A DNA stretch of 64,000 bases from Narcine bancroftii (lineage: Eukaryota). Position numbers and translations under genes: made by a program. The notes under the pieces are model-generated. The model worked only from the letters and a program-made list of their open reading frames with translations. It searched no databases and had not been told where the DNA came from. The stretch spans positions 83,204,001 to 83,268,000 of the forward strand of contig NC_091481.1 of NCBI RefSeq assembly GCF_036971445.1, read 5' to 3'. Below, piece after piece: positions 63,330-64,000 of the stretch. Position 1 is the stretch's first letter, and each line of letters opens with the position of its first letter.

Positions 63330-64000
63330 CCTCCACGAACCCTCTCCCCCTCCACGAACCCTCTCCCCCTCCACGAACCCTCTCCCCCTCCATGAACCCT
63401 CTCCCCTCCATGAACCCTCTCCCCCACCATGAACCCTCTCCCCCTCCATGAACCCTCTCCCCTTCCATGAACCCTCTCCCCTTCCATGAACCCTCTCCCC
63501 CTCCATGAACCCTCTCCCCCTCCATGAACCCTCTCCCCCTCCATGAACCCTCTCCCCCTCCATGAACCCTCTCCCCTCCATGAACCCTCTCCCCTCCATG
63601 AACCCTCTCCCCCTCCATGAACCCTCTCCCCCTCCATGAATCCTCTCCTCCTCCATGAACCCTCTCCCCTCCATGAACCCTCTCCCCTCCATGAACCCTC
63701 TCCCCTCCATGAACCCTCTCCCCTCCATGAACCCTCTCCCCTCCATGAACCCTCTCCCCTCCATGAACCCTCTCCCCTCCATGAACCCTCTCCCCTCCAT
63801 GAACCCTCTCCCCTCCATGAACCCTCTCCCCCATGAACCCTCTCCCCCATGAACCCTCTCCCCCATGAACCCTCTCCCCCCCATGAACCCTCTCCCCATG
63901 AACCCTCTCCCCATGAACCCTCTCCCCATGAACCCTCTCCCCATGAACCCTCTCCCCCCCATGAACCCCCTCTCCCCCTCCATAAACCCCCTCTCCACCT
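63330..64000. repeat. ~19-20-bp minisatellite (CCATGAACCCTCTCCCCT)n
   Basis: Direct reading, more than 30 units. Confidence 0.95.

Overview
Vertebrate genomic DNA, very likely from a cartilaginous fish (inferred from the CR1, Rex-Babar, Penelope and V-domain SINE repeat landscape). About half is transposon debris and minisatellite. Three protein-coding genes can be assembled by hand from GT-AG exons. (1) PAF1, minus strand, coding exons 1-6 (10182 down to 1302, continuing out of the window), with a ZNF143/THAP11-type promoter motif. (2) A TMEM229B-like gene, plus strand, with one coding exon (22427-22942), a probable non-coding exon 1 in a CpG island at about 15.1-15.34 kb and AATAAA at 23552. 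(3) The 5' part of a beta-spectrin with SPTBN4-diagnostic residues, plus strand, with 10 visible coding exons (44822-63164). One expected SPTBN4 exon is absent, probably in an N-gap, and one exon carries two 1-nt deletions that look like sequencing errors. Main points of interest: a TMEM229B-like gene in PAF1/SPTBN4 synteny (candidate retained ohnolog); palindromic Penelope-terminus elements with hammerhead-ribozyme-like cores; a three-level nested insertion with clean TSDs; and a CR1 tail that appears to supply the polypyrimidine tract of an SPTBN4 acceptor. Most long ORFs in the track are low-complexity or TE artefacts. Exon coordinates were read at the splice dinucleotides; repeat boundaries are approximate. 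Homology calls come from recalled sequences, not database searches.
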